NCBI GenBank assembly: GCA_017554365.1 | Contig: JAFZIM010000052.1 | Span: forward strand, 1 to 41,526 | DNA from: Alphaproteobacteria bacterium | Lineage (GTDB): Bacteria; Pseudomonadota; Alphaproteobacteria; Rs-D84 | Direction: 5' to 3' | DNA length: 41,526 bases | In this document: positions 7,856 through 16,068 of the stretch, piece by piece | Layout of the letters: each line of letters opens with the position of its first letter | Position numbering within the stretch: the stretch's first letter is position 1 | Translations under genes and position numbers: made by a program | The notes under the pieces: generated by a model | Database searches by the model: none | What the model saw: only the letters and a program-made list of their open reading frames with translations | What the model was told of the DNA's origin: nothing

Positions 7856-10780
7856 TTGAAAATCAAAAGTTTAGTTAGATTTTTGATGCTTGTTATTGCT
7901 TGCAATGTGTCAGTGCAAGCCGTTTTTGCTGATGATTTTGATGCTGAGGTTTTTTTAAATAGCTTAGAATTAAATCCACGACGTTGTTTTGGGGGTGGGC
8001 AGATATACGGCGAAGGTGGTGTTGGTTGTGCACAATGTCCAGGAGGCCAATCGGCTTCAAATGGTATCGATGAATGTTTTGCAAATTGTAAGAATGCGGA
8101 ATTTATTTCGCTTGGTGACGTATGTAGCGGGGATCCTAGTTGTGCTGCATCTATTACCGTTTTTATTATTTCTAAAAATTTATGTCAAAAATGTAAAGCG
8201 GGTGACAATAAATATTATTTAGAAAACAGATGTGTTTCAGCAACTGATTGTAATAATAATAACATGGTTGCTAATACGGTACTCGAAGACGATATTAATG
8301 TTGGTGTTTGTGAACCATGTGCCTCGGATCAATGTCGCAGTGGTAATGAATGTAAAGCCACCGATACAAATATACACAAACACAGTACTGATGGTATTTG
8401 TGTTGAATGTAGTGATAATCAATGTTTTAATGTCGATACTAATGTATGTATGGATTTGGACTCAACAGATATTATAAACAATAGAATGTATCGTGATACA
8501 AACGGAAATTGTGCTGCATGCGAAGGTTATACTGTTCCTCAAATTCCTAGACGTGCAAACGGTCCGGCATGTGTGACGCAGGAGCAGTGTAAAGACGGAT
8601 ATGGTATGCTTGAAGTTTCAGGTATAGACAACGCAAGATGTGGAAAATGTGAGAAACTTAGTGCAGTTCCTGAATTTCCTGATGTTGACCCTGGTGAATA
8701 TACATTAACAATTTATAAAAAAGAAACAGGAAGTGATAGGTATGTTTTTGCGAATCATCAATGTTGGGCTACAAATCCAAAAAAAGGAGGTTTCGCATAT
8801 AAGTATATGAAACCCGACGGACTTGGCAATTGGATTGCAGAGGATGATGTAAGCAAAATTGGTGAAACCAAAACAGGTTGTGTCGACCCGGAAAGACCTG
8901 TATGGGTGGTTGATGGATTATATTATGATATATATTATTGGCCAGAACATTTTGAATGTGGAACATGTGTAAATGGAATTTGGGAGGAGGATAGCGCACA
9001 TGCTGGTGGATGGAAATGCACATTATGTGAATCAGGTAAGATTCCTTTTGGTGCATGTAAAACATGTGCAGATTTAAATATGAATGCTGGTTGTAGTGTT
9101 GATTCTACCACAGGTCGATTAATAGGTGTACCACTTGGCGGATATTATTTTGAAAATGATGGAAGCAGGTCTTCCGCCCCATTATTTTGTGCGAAAACCG
9201 CTGGTGACGGTACGGACATGTGTTGGACGGGGGATAACAATAATAATACTTGTACCCCATGTGATTTAAATAATACAGTAGTAAGCCCAAGAACTGCAAC
9301 TGATGGTCGTCCGTATAATGAAAAGACAAATGCCACTTGTTCTGAAGGTTATTATATTAACAATGGTACATGTACTGTATGTCTTGGTGCAGGTAAGGGT
9401 TGGTATAAAAATGTAGATGGTAGTGGTGAACATCTGTTTTGTGATGATGCTTTTGAAAATGGTTTTTTAGCATATAAATGTGTTAATGATTTAATCAACA
9501 ACTATTATCGCGGTAATTGTGATAATGCCGGGGGAATTTCGTATAATAAATGGATAGCCCTGAATGAAGAAAACTTGAAACAAGTCATTAATGCGACAAA
9601 TGTGAATGTTAATAGTTTTATGCAGCAAGGAAAAGATCTTGGATATTTAGATGCAAATGATAAAACAATTAAAATGTGTACTTTACAAAATTTGGGGGTA
9701 GATAATAATGGCTTGGGTGCGGATGTGTGGGATGGTATAGGTATTGGATTACAAGAGATAGATGGAAATTCTGGGACCTTGCTTTATATAGATAGAGGGT
9801 GTTTCAAATGTAAGGAAGGATATGGATCTACAACTGACTCAGATTTACCAAATCTTTGTAAGAAATGTCCTAGCAATCAAGGCCCTATATTTATAGGAAA
9901 TGGGGATAATAAATACAAACGTCCAACAGCCGCCGAAGAAAATAAAGGATATTATGGTTGTAGTCCTTCATGTAAATTTGAAGGTTGGGGAAAATATAAT
10001 AATGAATGTGTATTGTGTTCAGATAAAGGAATGCAATCCATAGCAGGTTCAGAATATAATATTTGTCAAGCATGTCCAAAAGGAACAGGTTGGAATGAAG
10101 GATCTAAGACGTGTGGGGATTGTCCTAGTGATTCACCTTCGTATAATGGGAAATGTTTGGATTTTACAGGTTTGAAAAAAGAAATTTGTGATCCTAATGG
10201 TGCAAATTGTTCATCTAATAACCCTTTTTATATTGAAGCTGGTCAAATTAAATTTAGAAACGATTACCAAATAGATGAAAATGGTAATATTCAATATAAA
10301 GGTACGGGTAAAGATAACCCGCACAGATACGAAGCGGCTAAGAGTACAGACGGAAAGTATTATTGGGTGCCTTGTCGCGGGGGTAGTGATAATAATCTTA
10401 GTTATTCATGTTGTTATGAAGGTAAAAGAGTAAGACAAACAGATAATACGAGATTTGTATTACCTGGAATGGCATGTACAAAAGATAGTAGAAATAATAC
10501 TAAATCGACTTTACTTTGTGATGATGTTAACCCTGGTTTTGTGAGAGGCGAATCCGAATATCCAGATATTGATAGTTCATATAATATGGAAAATCTGACC
10601 AGTTTTATAGTAAATAGAGTTTGTAATAAACGTGTTGGTATTTCTAATTTATGCGATAATAATAATTGTATTGTTATACCAGAATGGTTGAAAGTGGAAA
10701 GTTTATCAACAAAATATTTGGATTATACCGGTAAAAGCGGTATGTCAAATTCTAGCCCTACTAGACCTGGAAAAACATAA
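7856..10780 (+). CDS. P0: secreted 974-aa cysteine-rich protein with 16 CxxC motifs (furin/ephrin-receptor-like/VSP-like repeats); function unknown
   Basis: Uninterrupted 2.9-kb ORF. TTG start is 5 nt after GGAAGGA. N-terminus MKIKSLVRFLMLVIACNVSVQA/VFA looks like a Sec signal peptide. I hand-counted about 69 Cys, including CAQCPGG, CQKCKAG, CEPC, CVEC, CAAC, CGKC, CGTC, CTLCESG, CKTC, CTPC, CTVC, CFKCKEGYG, CKKCPSNQG, CVLCSDKG, CQACPKGTGW and CGDCPSD. No C-terminal TM segment or beta-barrel is evident. Confidence 0.9.
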   Translation: MKIKSLVRFLMLVIACNVSVQAVFADDFDAEVFLNSLELNPRRCFGGGQIYGEGGVGCAQCPGGQSASNGIDECFANCKNAEFISLGDVCSGDPSCAASITVFIISKNLCQKCKAGDNKYYLENRCVSATDCNNNNMVANTVLEDDINVGVCEPCASDQCRSGNECKATDTNIHKHSTDGICVECSDNQCFNVDTNVCMDLDSTDIINNRMYRDTNGNCAACEGYTVPQIPRRANGPACVTQEQCKDGYGMLEVSGIDNARCGKCEKLSAVPEFPDVDPGEYTLTIYKKETGSDRYVFANHQCWATNPKKGGFAYKYMKPDGLGNWIAEDDVSKIGETKTGCVDPERPVWVVDGLYYDIYYWPEHFECGTCVNGIWEEDSAHAGGWKCTLCESGKIPFGACKTCADLNMNAGCSVDSTTGRLIGVPLGGYYFENDGSRSSAPLFCAKTAGDGTDMCWTGDNNNNTCTPCDLNNTVVSPRTATDGRPYNEKTNATCSEGYYINNGTCTVCLGAGKGWYKNVDGSGEHLFCDDAFENGFLAYKCVNDLINNYYRGNCDNAGGISYNKWIALNEENLKQVINATNVNVNSFMQQGKDLGYLDANDKTIKMCTLQNLGVDNNGLGADVWDGIGIGLQEIDGNSGTLLYIDRGCFKCKEGYGSTTDSDLPNLCKKCPSNQGPIFIGNGDNKYKRPTAAEENKGYYGCSPSCKFEGWGKYNNECVLCSDKGMQSIAGSEYNICQACPKGTGWNEGSKTCGDCPSDSPSYNGKCLDFTGLKKEICDPNGANCSSNNPFYIEAGQIKFRNDYQIDENGNIQYKGTGKDNPHRYEAAKSTDGKYYWVPCRGGSDNNLSYSCCYEGKRVRQTDNTRFVLPGMACTKDSRNNTKSTLLCDDVNPGFVRGESEYPDIDSSYNMENLTSFIVNRVCNKRVGISNLCDNNNCIVIPEWLKVESLSTKYLDYTGKSGMSNSSPTRPGKT

Positions 10781-10795
10781 AATATTATAAATATA

Positions 10796-10824
10796 TTGAC
10801 TTGTCATATTTTTTGATTTAAAAT
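10796..10824 (+). promoter_or_regulatory. Near-consensus sigma70-like promoter candidate upstream of rpoA
   Basis: TTGACT (10796-10801), exact 17-nt spacer, TAAAAT (10819-10824). It is 70 nt upstream of the rpoA ATG. Confidence 0.5.
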
Positions 10825-10894
10825 ATCCCAGCACATTGTGAAAGATGTGTGCCGTGTGGCGAAAATAATAAACTAAGCCCTATGGAGTGTTTAA

Positions 10895-11938
10895 ATGATA
10901 GAAAAAAACTGGATGACTTTAATAAAGCCAAAAAAATTGAATATTAAAGTCGATGAACATAATCCTAATATTGCAACATTAATCGCAGAACCTTTGGAAA
11001 AAGGTTTCGGTTTGACATTGGGAACAGCATTACGTCGTGTATTGTTGTCTTCTTTACAGGGTTGTGCCCCTATCTATGTCAAAATTGATGGTGTTCAACA
11101 CGAATTCAGCAGTTTGTCTGGTGTTCGTGAAGATATTACGGATATTATTTTAAATTTAAAAGGGGTTTATTTCAAAGCCCTTACCGAAGGTCAACACAAA
11201 GCAACATTGAAAGTTAAAAATACAAATGCTGGTGGCGATATGGTTGTCACAGCAGGTATGATTGAAACTTCTGGTGCTGTCGAAGTAATGAACAAAGATG
11301 CTGAAATTTGCACTTTGGACGTTGGTGCTGAATTTAATATGGAAATCACATTGGGTTCAGGCCGTGGTTATGTCCCTGCAAGTGCTAATGCAACAGATTT
11401 GCCTTTGGGAACTATACCGGTTGATTCAATTTATTCTCCTATTTTAAATGTGGCTTCTTCCGTTACTCAGACCCGTGTCGGTCAAAGTACAGATTATGAT
11501 AAATTGGAATTGTCAGTTAAAACAAATGGTTCTGTATCTCCAGAAGATGCGATTGCTTTTGCAGCCCGTATTTTGACAGACCAATTAACTGTATTCATCA
11601 ATTTTGAAGATCCTGCACAAATCGGTGCTGGTGAAGAAGACGAAAATGCAAAAGATGTTTTGCCTTTCGATCCACAATTGTTAAAACGTGTAGAGGAACT
11701 TGAATTGTCTGTTCGTGCAAATAATTGCTTGAAAAACGATAAAATTAGTTGGTTGGGCGAATTAGTTCAAAAGACAGAAGCTGATATGTTGAAAACACCT
11801 AATTTCGGCCGTAAATCTTTGAACGAAATCAAAGCTCAATTGGAAGCAATGGGATTGTCATTAGGTATGGAAGTACCAGGATGGCCACCTGAAAATGTTG
11901 CAGAATTGGCAAAAAAATATGAAGACCCTTATAAATAA
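10895..11938 (+). CDS. rpoA: DNA-directed RNA polymerase subunit alpha
   Basis: 347 aa. [25 protein letters not shown] is the N-terminal domain. The C-terminal domain shows [13 protein letters not shown]…GRKSLNEIK. Confidence 0.97.
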   Translation: MIEKNWMTLIKPKKLNIKVDEHNPNIATLIAEPLEKGFGLTLGTALRRVLLSSLQGCAPIYVKIDGVQHEFSSLSGVREDITDIILNLKGVYFKALTEGQHKATLKVKNTNAGGDMVVTAGMIETSGAVEVMNKDAEICTLDVGAEFNMEITLGSGRGYVPASANATDLPLGTIPVDSIYSPILNVASSVTQTRVGQSTDYDKLELSVKTNGSVSPEDAIAFAARILTDQLTVFINFEDPAQIGAGEEDENAKDVLPFDPQLLKRVEELELSVRANNCLKNDKISWLGELVQKTEADMLKTPNFGRKSLNEIKAQLEAMGLSLGMEVPGWPPENVAELAKKYEDPYK

Positions 11939-12043
11939 GGAAAATCAAAAACCATAATACTGAAAGATTTTTTCTTTCAGGTTATGGGGTCTCAGTTGAA
12001 TCCCTGACGTGTCAGGGCAGAAACAAACATAAAGGAGTAATCA

Positions 12044-12598
12044 ATGAGACATATGAAAGCAGGTCGTACATTCAATCGCGACACTAATGCCCGTAAAGCC
12101 ATGTTTATTGGTTTGGCAAAAAATTTGATTGAAAAAGAACAAATTAAAACAACTTTACCAAAAGCAAAAGATTTACGCAGCGTCGTGGAAAAATTGATTA
12201 CCCGCGCAAAAGTTGATTCTGTTGCTAATCGTCGTAATACTGCATCTGAATTGGGAAACAATTCTGCCAAAGCAGTTAAAAAATTATTCGATGTATTGGG
12301 CCCAAGATATGCAAAACGCCCTGGTGGTTATACACGCGTTTTGAAAGCAGGTTTCCGTTATGGCGATGCTGCTCCAATGGCTATTATCGAATTGGTTGAC
12401 CGCGACGAAAATGCAAAAAAAGTTGCACCAAAAGTAGTTGCTGCTGAAACAATTGAAGAAGTTGCAAAAGATGAAGTTAAAAAAACAACTGCACCAAAAG
12501 CAACAAAAGCAAAAGTTGAAAAGAAAGCAGCTGCACCAAAAGCAGCAAAAGCAGGAACAAAATCCGTTGCTGTAAAACGTCGTGCTACTGGTAAATAA
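12044..12598 (+). CDS. rplQ: 50S ribosomal protein L17 with a Lys/Ala/Pro-rich C-terminal extension
   Basis: [21 protein letters not shown]…[28 protein letters not shown] is the L17 core, about 120 aa. A tail of about 64 aa rich in K/A/P follows (12404-12595). Confidence 0.96.
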   Translation: MRHMKAGRTFNRDTNARKAMFIGLAKNLIEKEQIKTTLPKAKDLRSVVEKLITRAKVDSVANRRNTASELGNNSAKAVKKLFDVLGPRYAKRPGGYTRVLKAGFRYGDAAPMAIIELVDRDENAKKVAPKVVAAETIEEVAKDEVKKTTAPKATKAKVEKKAAAPKAAKAGTKSVAVKRRATGK

Positions 12599-12618
12599 TC
12601 AATTTGCCAAAAATTAAA

Positions 12619-12641
12619 CCGCCCAATTGGGCGGTTTTTTT
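12619..12641. terminator. Rho-independent terminator between convergent rplQ and the 133-aa gene
   Basis: CCGCCC (12619-12624) / GGGCGG (12629-12634), loop AATT, then a T-run at 12635-12641. A-rich on the other side, so it may act in both directions. Confidence 0.7.
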
Positions 12642-12655
12642 ATTTAATATATTTT

Positions 12656-13057
12656 TTATTTTTCGTTTCCAAGCAAAGATTTTCTGATTTTTATTTGAAT
12701 TCTTATATCACGAAGAATTCTTTTATTTATTGGTTGTATTCCTGTTTTGTATATTGAACCATCTGGGAATAAATACGCAACCGGCTGTTTTTCTTTGTTA
12801 TAATATTCAATAATTGTTGTTGATAATGTATAATCTGCCTTTTTTGGTACGTAAAAATATTCAAATAACATAGTGTAAGCATTTGGATTTGGAAATTGCT
12901 GTGTTGGAATTGCACCATCTTCGCTGATACTTAATACTTTGCCATTTATAGAATATATTGGTAATGCTGTCTGTTTAGCATGTGCAAAAGAATCACAAAA
13001 ATGTGAATTTAAATGTGCTAAATCTGCTTTATAAACATTTTTTCTTAATCTTGTCAT
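12656..13057 (-). CDS. Hypothetical protein, 133 aa, no recognisable family
   Basis: ORF with the ATG at 13057-13055 preceded by AGAGG (reverse complement of cctct at 13068-13072). I trimmed it from the longer ORF that begins at 13093. No signal peptide or motif that I recognise. Confidence 0.6.
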   Translation of the reverse strand: MTRLRKNVYKADLAHLNSHFCDSFAHAKQTALPIYSINGKVLSISEDGAIPTQQFPNPNAYTMLFEYFYVPKKADYTLSTTIIEYYNKEKQPVAYLFPDGSIYKTGIQPINKRILRDIRIQIKIRKSLLGNEK

Positions 13058-13174
13058 ATTATTTATACCTCTTTTTTTAGGGCAAGCCGACATAAACTAG
13101 CACTAAAAAAATGCTATGTCAAATAAGTTAGTTAATTTTTTTTTGTTTTTTTTGTATTTTTTTTATAAAAGCAC

Positions 13175-13203
13175 TTGTCAAAAAATGTATGTTATGATAA
13201 AAT
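13175..13203 (+). promoter_or_regulatory. Promoter candidate with extended -10 for P1
   Basis: TTGTCA (13175-13180), 17-nt spacer, TAAAAT (13198-13203), with TG at 13195-13196 (the string TGATAAAAT). Confidence 0.45.
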
Positions 13204-13228
13204 TATTCCAAAGGTTAAGGAGTATTTT

Positions 13229-16042
13229 ATGAAAAAATTGTTAATTTTACCTGTGTTAATCGCTATGTGTATGGCGGATTTCGGCGCTTTTGCTGCTGCA
13301 CCACGTGGTGGAAGAACTGGCGGAACACCTGCTGCATCAAATGCTGGTGGTAATGTCAAAGCTGCTCGTGCTGCTAAACAAAACACCCAGGTCAAACCAG
13401 GAACAGCATCTGGTAAAGCAACTAGTGGTACAACAGGCAACAAAACATCAGGTTCTAATACTGGTAGTCAAAAGAATAGTGCGCCTGCTGCATCAAATGC
13501 TGGTGGTAATGTCAAAGCTGCTCGTGCTGCTGCTACACAGAAAGTGTTGAATACTGGAACAAAAATTGCACAGAAAACAGAAAATACTGTGGTACCTAAA
13601 GAATGTCAGGACGCATATTATGGCTGTATGGATACATTCTGTATGTTGGATAATACATCAGGTGGTCGTTGCCAATGTAGTGACAGAAGTAAAGATTTAA
13701 ACCCATTATTGGACGAAATTACAAAAATCGACCAAATTGCTTATACAATGGCTACCGAAGGTGTAGAAAGATTGCAAATGGGTGAAAATGCAGAACAGGT
13801 TATTGCGATGGCAAAAGCAGCAGGTGCAAAGGTTTCATCTACAGATAACAGTTTGGGAATTCAAAGTGCAGACGATTATGCTGCTAATGCTGGTAAAAAC
13901 AAAAAATCAACAAGAAAAGAATTGGATTTAAATGCATTCAAAGTGGGTGTATTTGATGACGATGATGATGTTTTTGGTGAAGATGAAAAATCAGAAGCCG
14001 AAAAGAAAGCAGAAGTTTTGGAAGACAGCATGGCAAATAAACTTGGTGATGATTTACGTTCTGCTGCAAATAAACTTTGTGTTGAACAAATGCCAAAACA
14101 ATGTGTAGATTCAACATCTATGTTGCAATTGGCTTATACACAAAAAATTAAATCAGATTGTAATGCATACGAAAATTCTTTGAAACAACAAAAGATTGCA
14201 AGTAATCAAAAATTGGCTGCTGCTGAAAAAGCATTACGTGAAGCCGCTCTTGAATCTTTTGAAAAAGAAAATAAATATGAATTGGGACCATGTATAACTG
14301 AATTTACAAAATGTATCCAAAAAGATGCAGGTTGTGGTGAAGATTATACAGGTTGTACAACTTTGTCTGCAAAAGACAATGTAAGAAACAAAACAGGTCA
14401 ACAAACAGTTATTCCAGGAACAACTGTTAAAATATCTGTTTCTACATTGGAAGCAATCACAGCAAAGAAATCAATGTGTGAACACATTACAAAACAATGT
14501 GTAAAGGCAAACCAAAATGATGCAGTATGGACAGCGTTCTTGAAAAATGTTGCACCTGCATTGAAATCAGCTGAAGAACTTGCAGAAGAAAAGTTACGTT
14601 TAGAATGTATACCAAACATTTCTGAATGTTTCCAAAAAGCTTGTGCACAGAAATTTGATCCAAAAGCAAAAGAAGCAAACTATGATTCATGTTTGTCTGA
14701 TCCTTCTATCGTAAAAGATTTATGTAAGGTAAAATTGGAACCATGTTTGGAAGCAACTGGTGGTTCTTATGCAAATGCTGAATCTTCTTCTTTGTGGAAT
14801 GGTGTTTTAGCGGCTTTGGGTGCTATGCGTGTTGATGCATGTACAAGTGAAGTAAAAGCATGTTTGGAATCTGATGATGTTTGTGGTAAAGATTACGGTA
14901 GATGTGTCGGTTTGGATACAGAATCTATCGGTGAAATGTGCCCAACAGATAAGTTGACTGCTTGTATGGCAAAGAATGAGAATAATGAATCTACTGTACG
15001 TGCATATGTTGCAAGAGTTGCACAAGGTATCGCATTAGGTATTGATAGCAATATGCTTACCGTTTGTCAAAAAGCTGCTGATGATGCTATGACAAAGGTT
15101 TGTGGTGCAACTGATTCTTGTGAATCTTTGACATTTGATGGCAGAATATTTGCTGATAATTTAAATGTCCAAGTATGTAGAAAAGGTGCTGAGGGTGTGT
15201 ATGAATGTGCTAATACAGCTGATGGTTTCGATGCCAAATATGTTTTGAATGGTGAAGTAGTTCCAAATATTACAGGCATGTTTGATTTGGCAACTATAAC
15301 ATTCGATACAGAAAATGGTTTTGGTGTTGATACTGGATTGGCCTCTTATACAGAAAAGACCAGTAACGGACGTTATTATACAGGTGATAAATGGGCTGAC
15401 AGTGTTGCAAAACAATTAAACGCAGCAATAAATGCTAAATGGAATACAATTAAATCTGACCCAACAGTCACATATTGTATGGAAGGTCGTCAAGTCCAAG
15501 GTTTTGATAGCAAGAAATTTGGTAAAAAGAATGATAAAGAATCTATACGTTTTCCAAACTTGTTAGACAACAAGAGAGATGTTATGATTTATGCTTTATA
15601 TAAATCAATGTCTTCTGCATATTCTGATGCATTGGATGGATTACAAGAAAAACGTGAAGCTGCTCAAAAGACCATTGATGATCGTTTAGCAAGAATTGAT
15701 GGTGCTGGTGAATCAGCTCAGGATAGATTAAATGAAAGTGCATGTCAGAGTGGTTATGCTAGACCTGACCCTAACTGGAATGGTGATAGAAATAAGAGAC
15801 GTGCTAGAGCATATATAAGACAGCTTGTTGATGTTAATGCATCTTATAATGCGGACACAAATGTATGTACTGCTGAAACAATGCAATATACATGTACTAA
15901 ATATTTATCACCAAGTTGTAGAATCTTTGACAATGGAACAAAGACAAAGACAAAGACAATACAAATGCATAAATATAACAGAGAGGATGCATTGGGTAGT
16001 AATGGTTATACAGCGAAACCAAAAAATCCTGATGAATTCTAA
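13229..16042 (+). CDS. P1: secreted cysteine-rich protein, unrecognised paralogous family (937 aa)
   Basis: ATG at 13229 is 6 nt after AAGGAG. Signal peptide MKKLLILPVLIAMCMADFGAFA. Family signature CQDAYYGCMDTFCMLDNTSGGRCQC at 13604-13678. Long blocks are shared with P2, P3 and P6. Confidence 0.92.
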   Translation: MKKLLILPVLIAMCMADFGAFAAAPRGGRTGGTPAASNAGGNVKAARAAKQNTQVKPGTASGKATSGTTGNKTSGSNTGSQKNSAPAASNAGGNVKAARAAATQKVLNTGTKIAQKTENTVVPKECQDAYYGCMDTFCMLDNTSGGRCQCSDRSKDLNPLLDEITKIDQIAYTMATEGVERLQMGENAEQVIAMAKAAGAKVSSTDNSLGIQSADDYAANAGKNKKSTRKELDLNAFKVGVFDDDDDVFGEDEKSEAEKKAEVLEDSMANKLGDDLRSAANKLCVEQMPKQCVDSTSMLQLAYTQKIKSDCNAYENSLKQQKIASNQKLAAAEKALREAALESFEKENKYELGPCITEFTKCIQKDAGCGEDYTGCTTLSAKDNVRNKTGQQTVIPGTTVKISVSTLEAITAKKSMCEHITKQCVKANQNDAVWTAFLKNVAPALKSAEELAEEKLRLECIPNISECFQKACAQKFDPKAKEANYDSCLSDPSIVKDLCKVKLEPCLEATGGSYANAESSSLWNGVLAALGAMRVDACTSEVKACLESDDVCGKDYGRCVGLDTESIGEMCPTDKLTACMAKNENNESTVRAYVARVAQGIALGIDSNMLTVCQKAADDAMTKVCGATDSCESLTFDGRIFADNLNVQVCRKGAEGVYECANTADGFDAKYVLNGEVVPNITGMFDLATITFDTENGFGVDTGLASYTEKTSNGRYYTGDKWADSVAKQLNAAINAKWNTIKSDPTVTYCMEGRQVQGFDSKKFGKKNDKESIRFPNLLDNKRDVMIYALYKSMSSAYSDALDGLQEKREAAQKTIDDRLARIDGAGESAQDRLNESACQSGYARPDPNWNGDRNKRRARAYIRQLVDVNASYNADTNVCTAETMQYTCTKYLSPSCRIFDNGTKTKTKTIQMHKYNREDALGSNGYTAKPKNPDEF
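13328..13375 (+). repeat. Perfect 48-bp direct repeat, copy 1 (inside P1)
   Basis: cctgctgcatcaaatgctggtggtaatgtcaaagctgctcgtgctgct, encoding PAASNAGGNVKAARAA. Confidence 0.95.
13484..13531 (+). repeat. Perfect 48-bp direct repeat, copy 2 (inside P1)
   Basis: Identical 48-mer located 156 nt (52 codons, in frame) downstream of copy 1. Confidence 0.95.
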
Positions 16043-16046
16043 AAAA

Positions 16047-16068
16047 ATGCCCTTCGGGGCATTTTTTA
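16047..16068 (+). terminator. Rho-independent terminator after P1
   Basis: ATGCCC (16047-16052) / GGGCAT (16057-16062), loop TTCG, then a T-run. Confidence 0.75.

Noticed and set aside
7745-10894. Considered whether P0 sits on a mobile element or genomic island.
   Set aside because: I found no integrase or transposase, no tRNA, and no inverted or direct flanking repeats. Base composition and codon style look like the neighbouring core genes. I report it as an insertion relative to the canonical operon, not as a mobile element.
11960-12017. Two small hairpins in the rpoA-rplQ spacer: CTGAAAG/CTTTCAG at 11960-11980 and CCCTGA/TCAGGG at 12002-12017.
   Set aside because: The stems are short and no T-run follows. 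They could be an attenuator or a processing site, but I cannot tell them apart from chance structure in a 105-nt spacer.
13328-13531. Considered whether the perfect 48-bp repeat could be a minimal CRISPR or another non-coding repeat array.
   Set aside because: There are only two copies. Both are in frame inside a CDS, the spacer between them is homologous coding sequence, and there are no cas genes or leader.
13192-13550. Alternate-frame ORFs (83 aa minus strand, 86 aa plus strand) over the P1 N-terminal repeat region.
   Set aside because: These are by-products of the low-complexity Ala/Gly-coding repeat. The P1 frame has the SD, the signal peptide and family homology.
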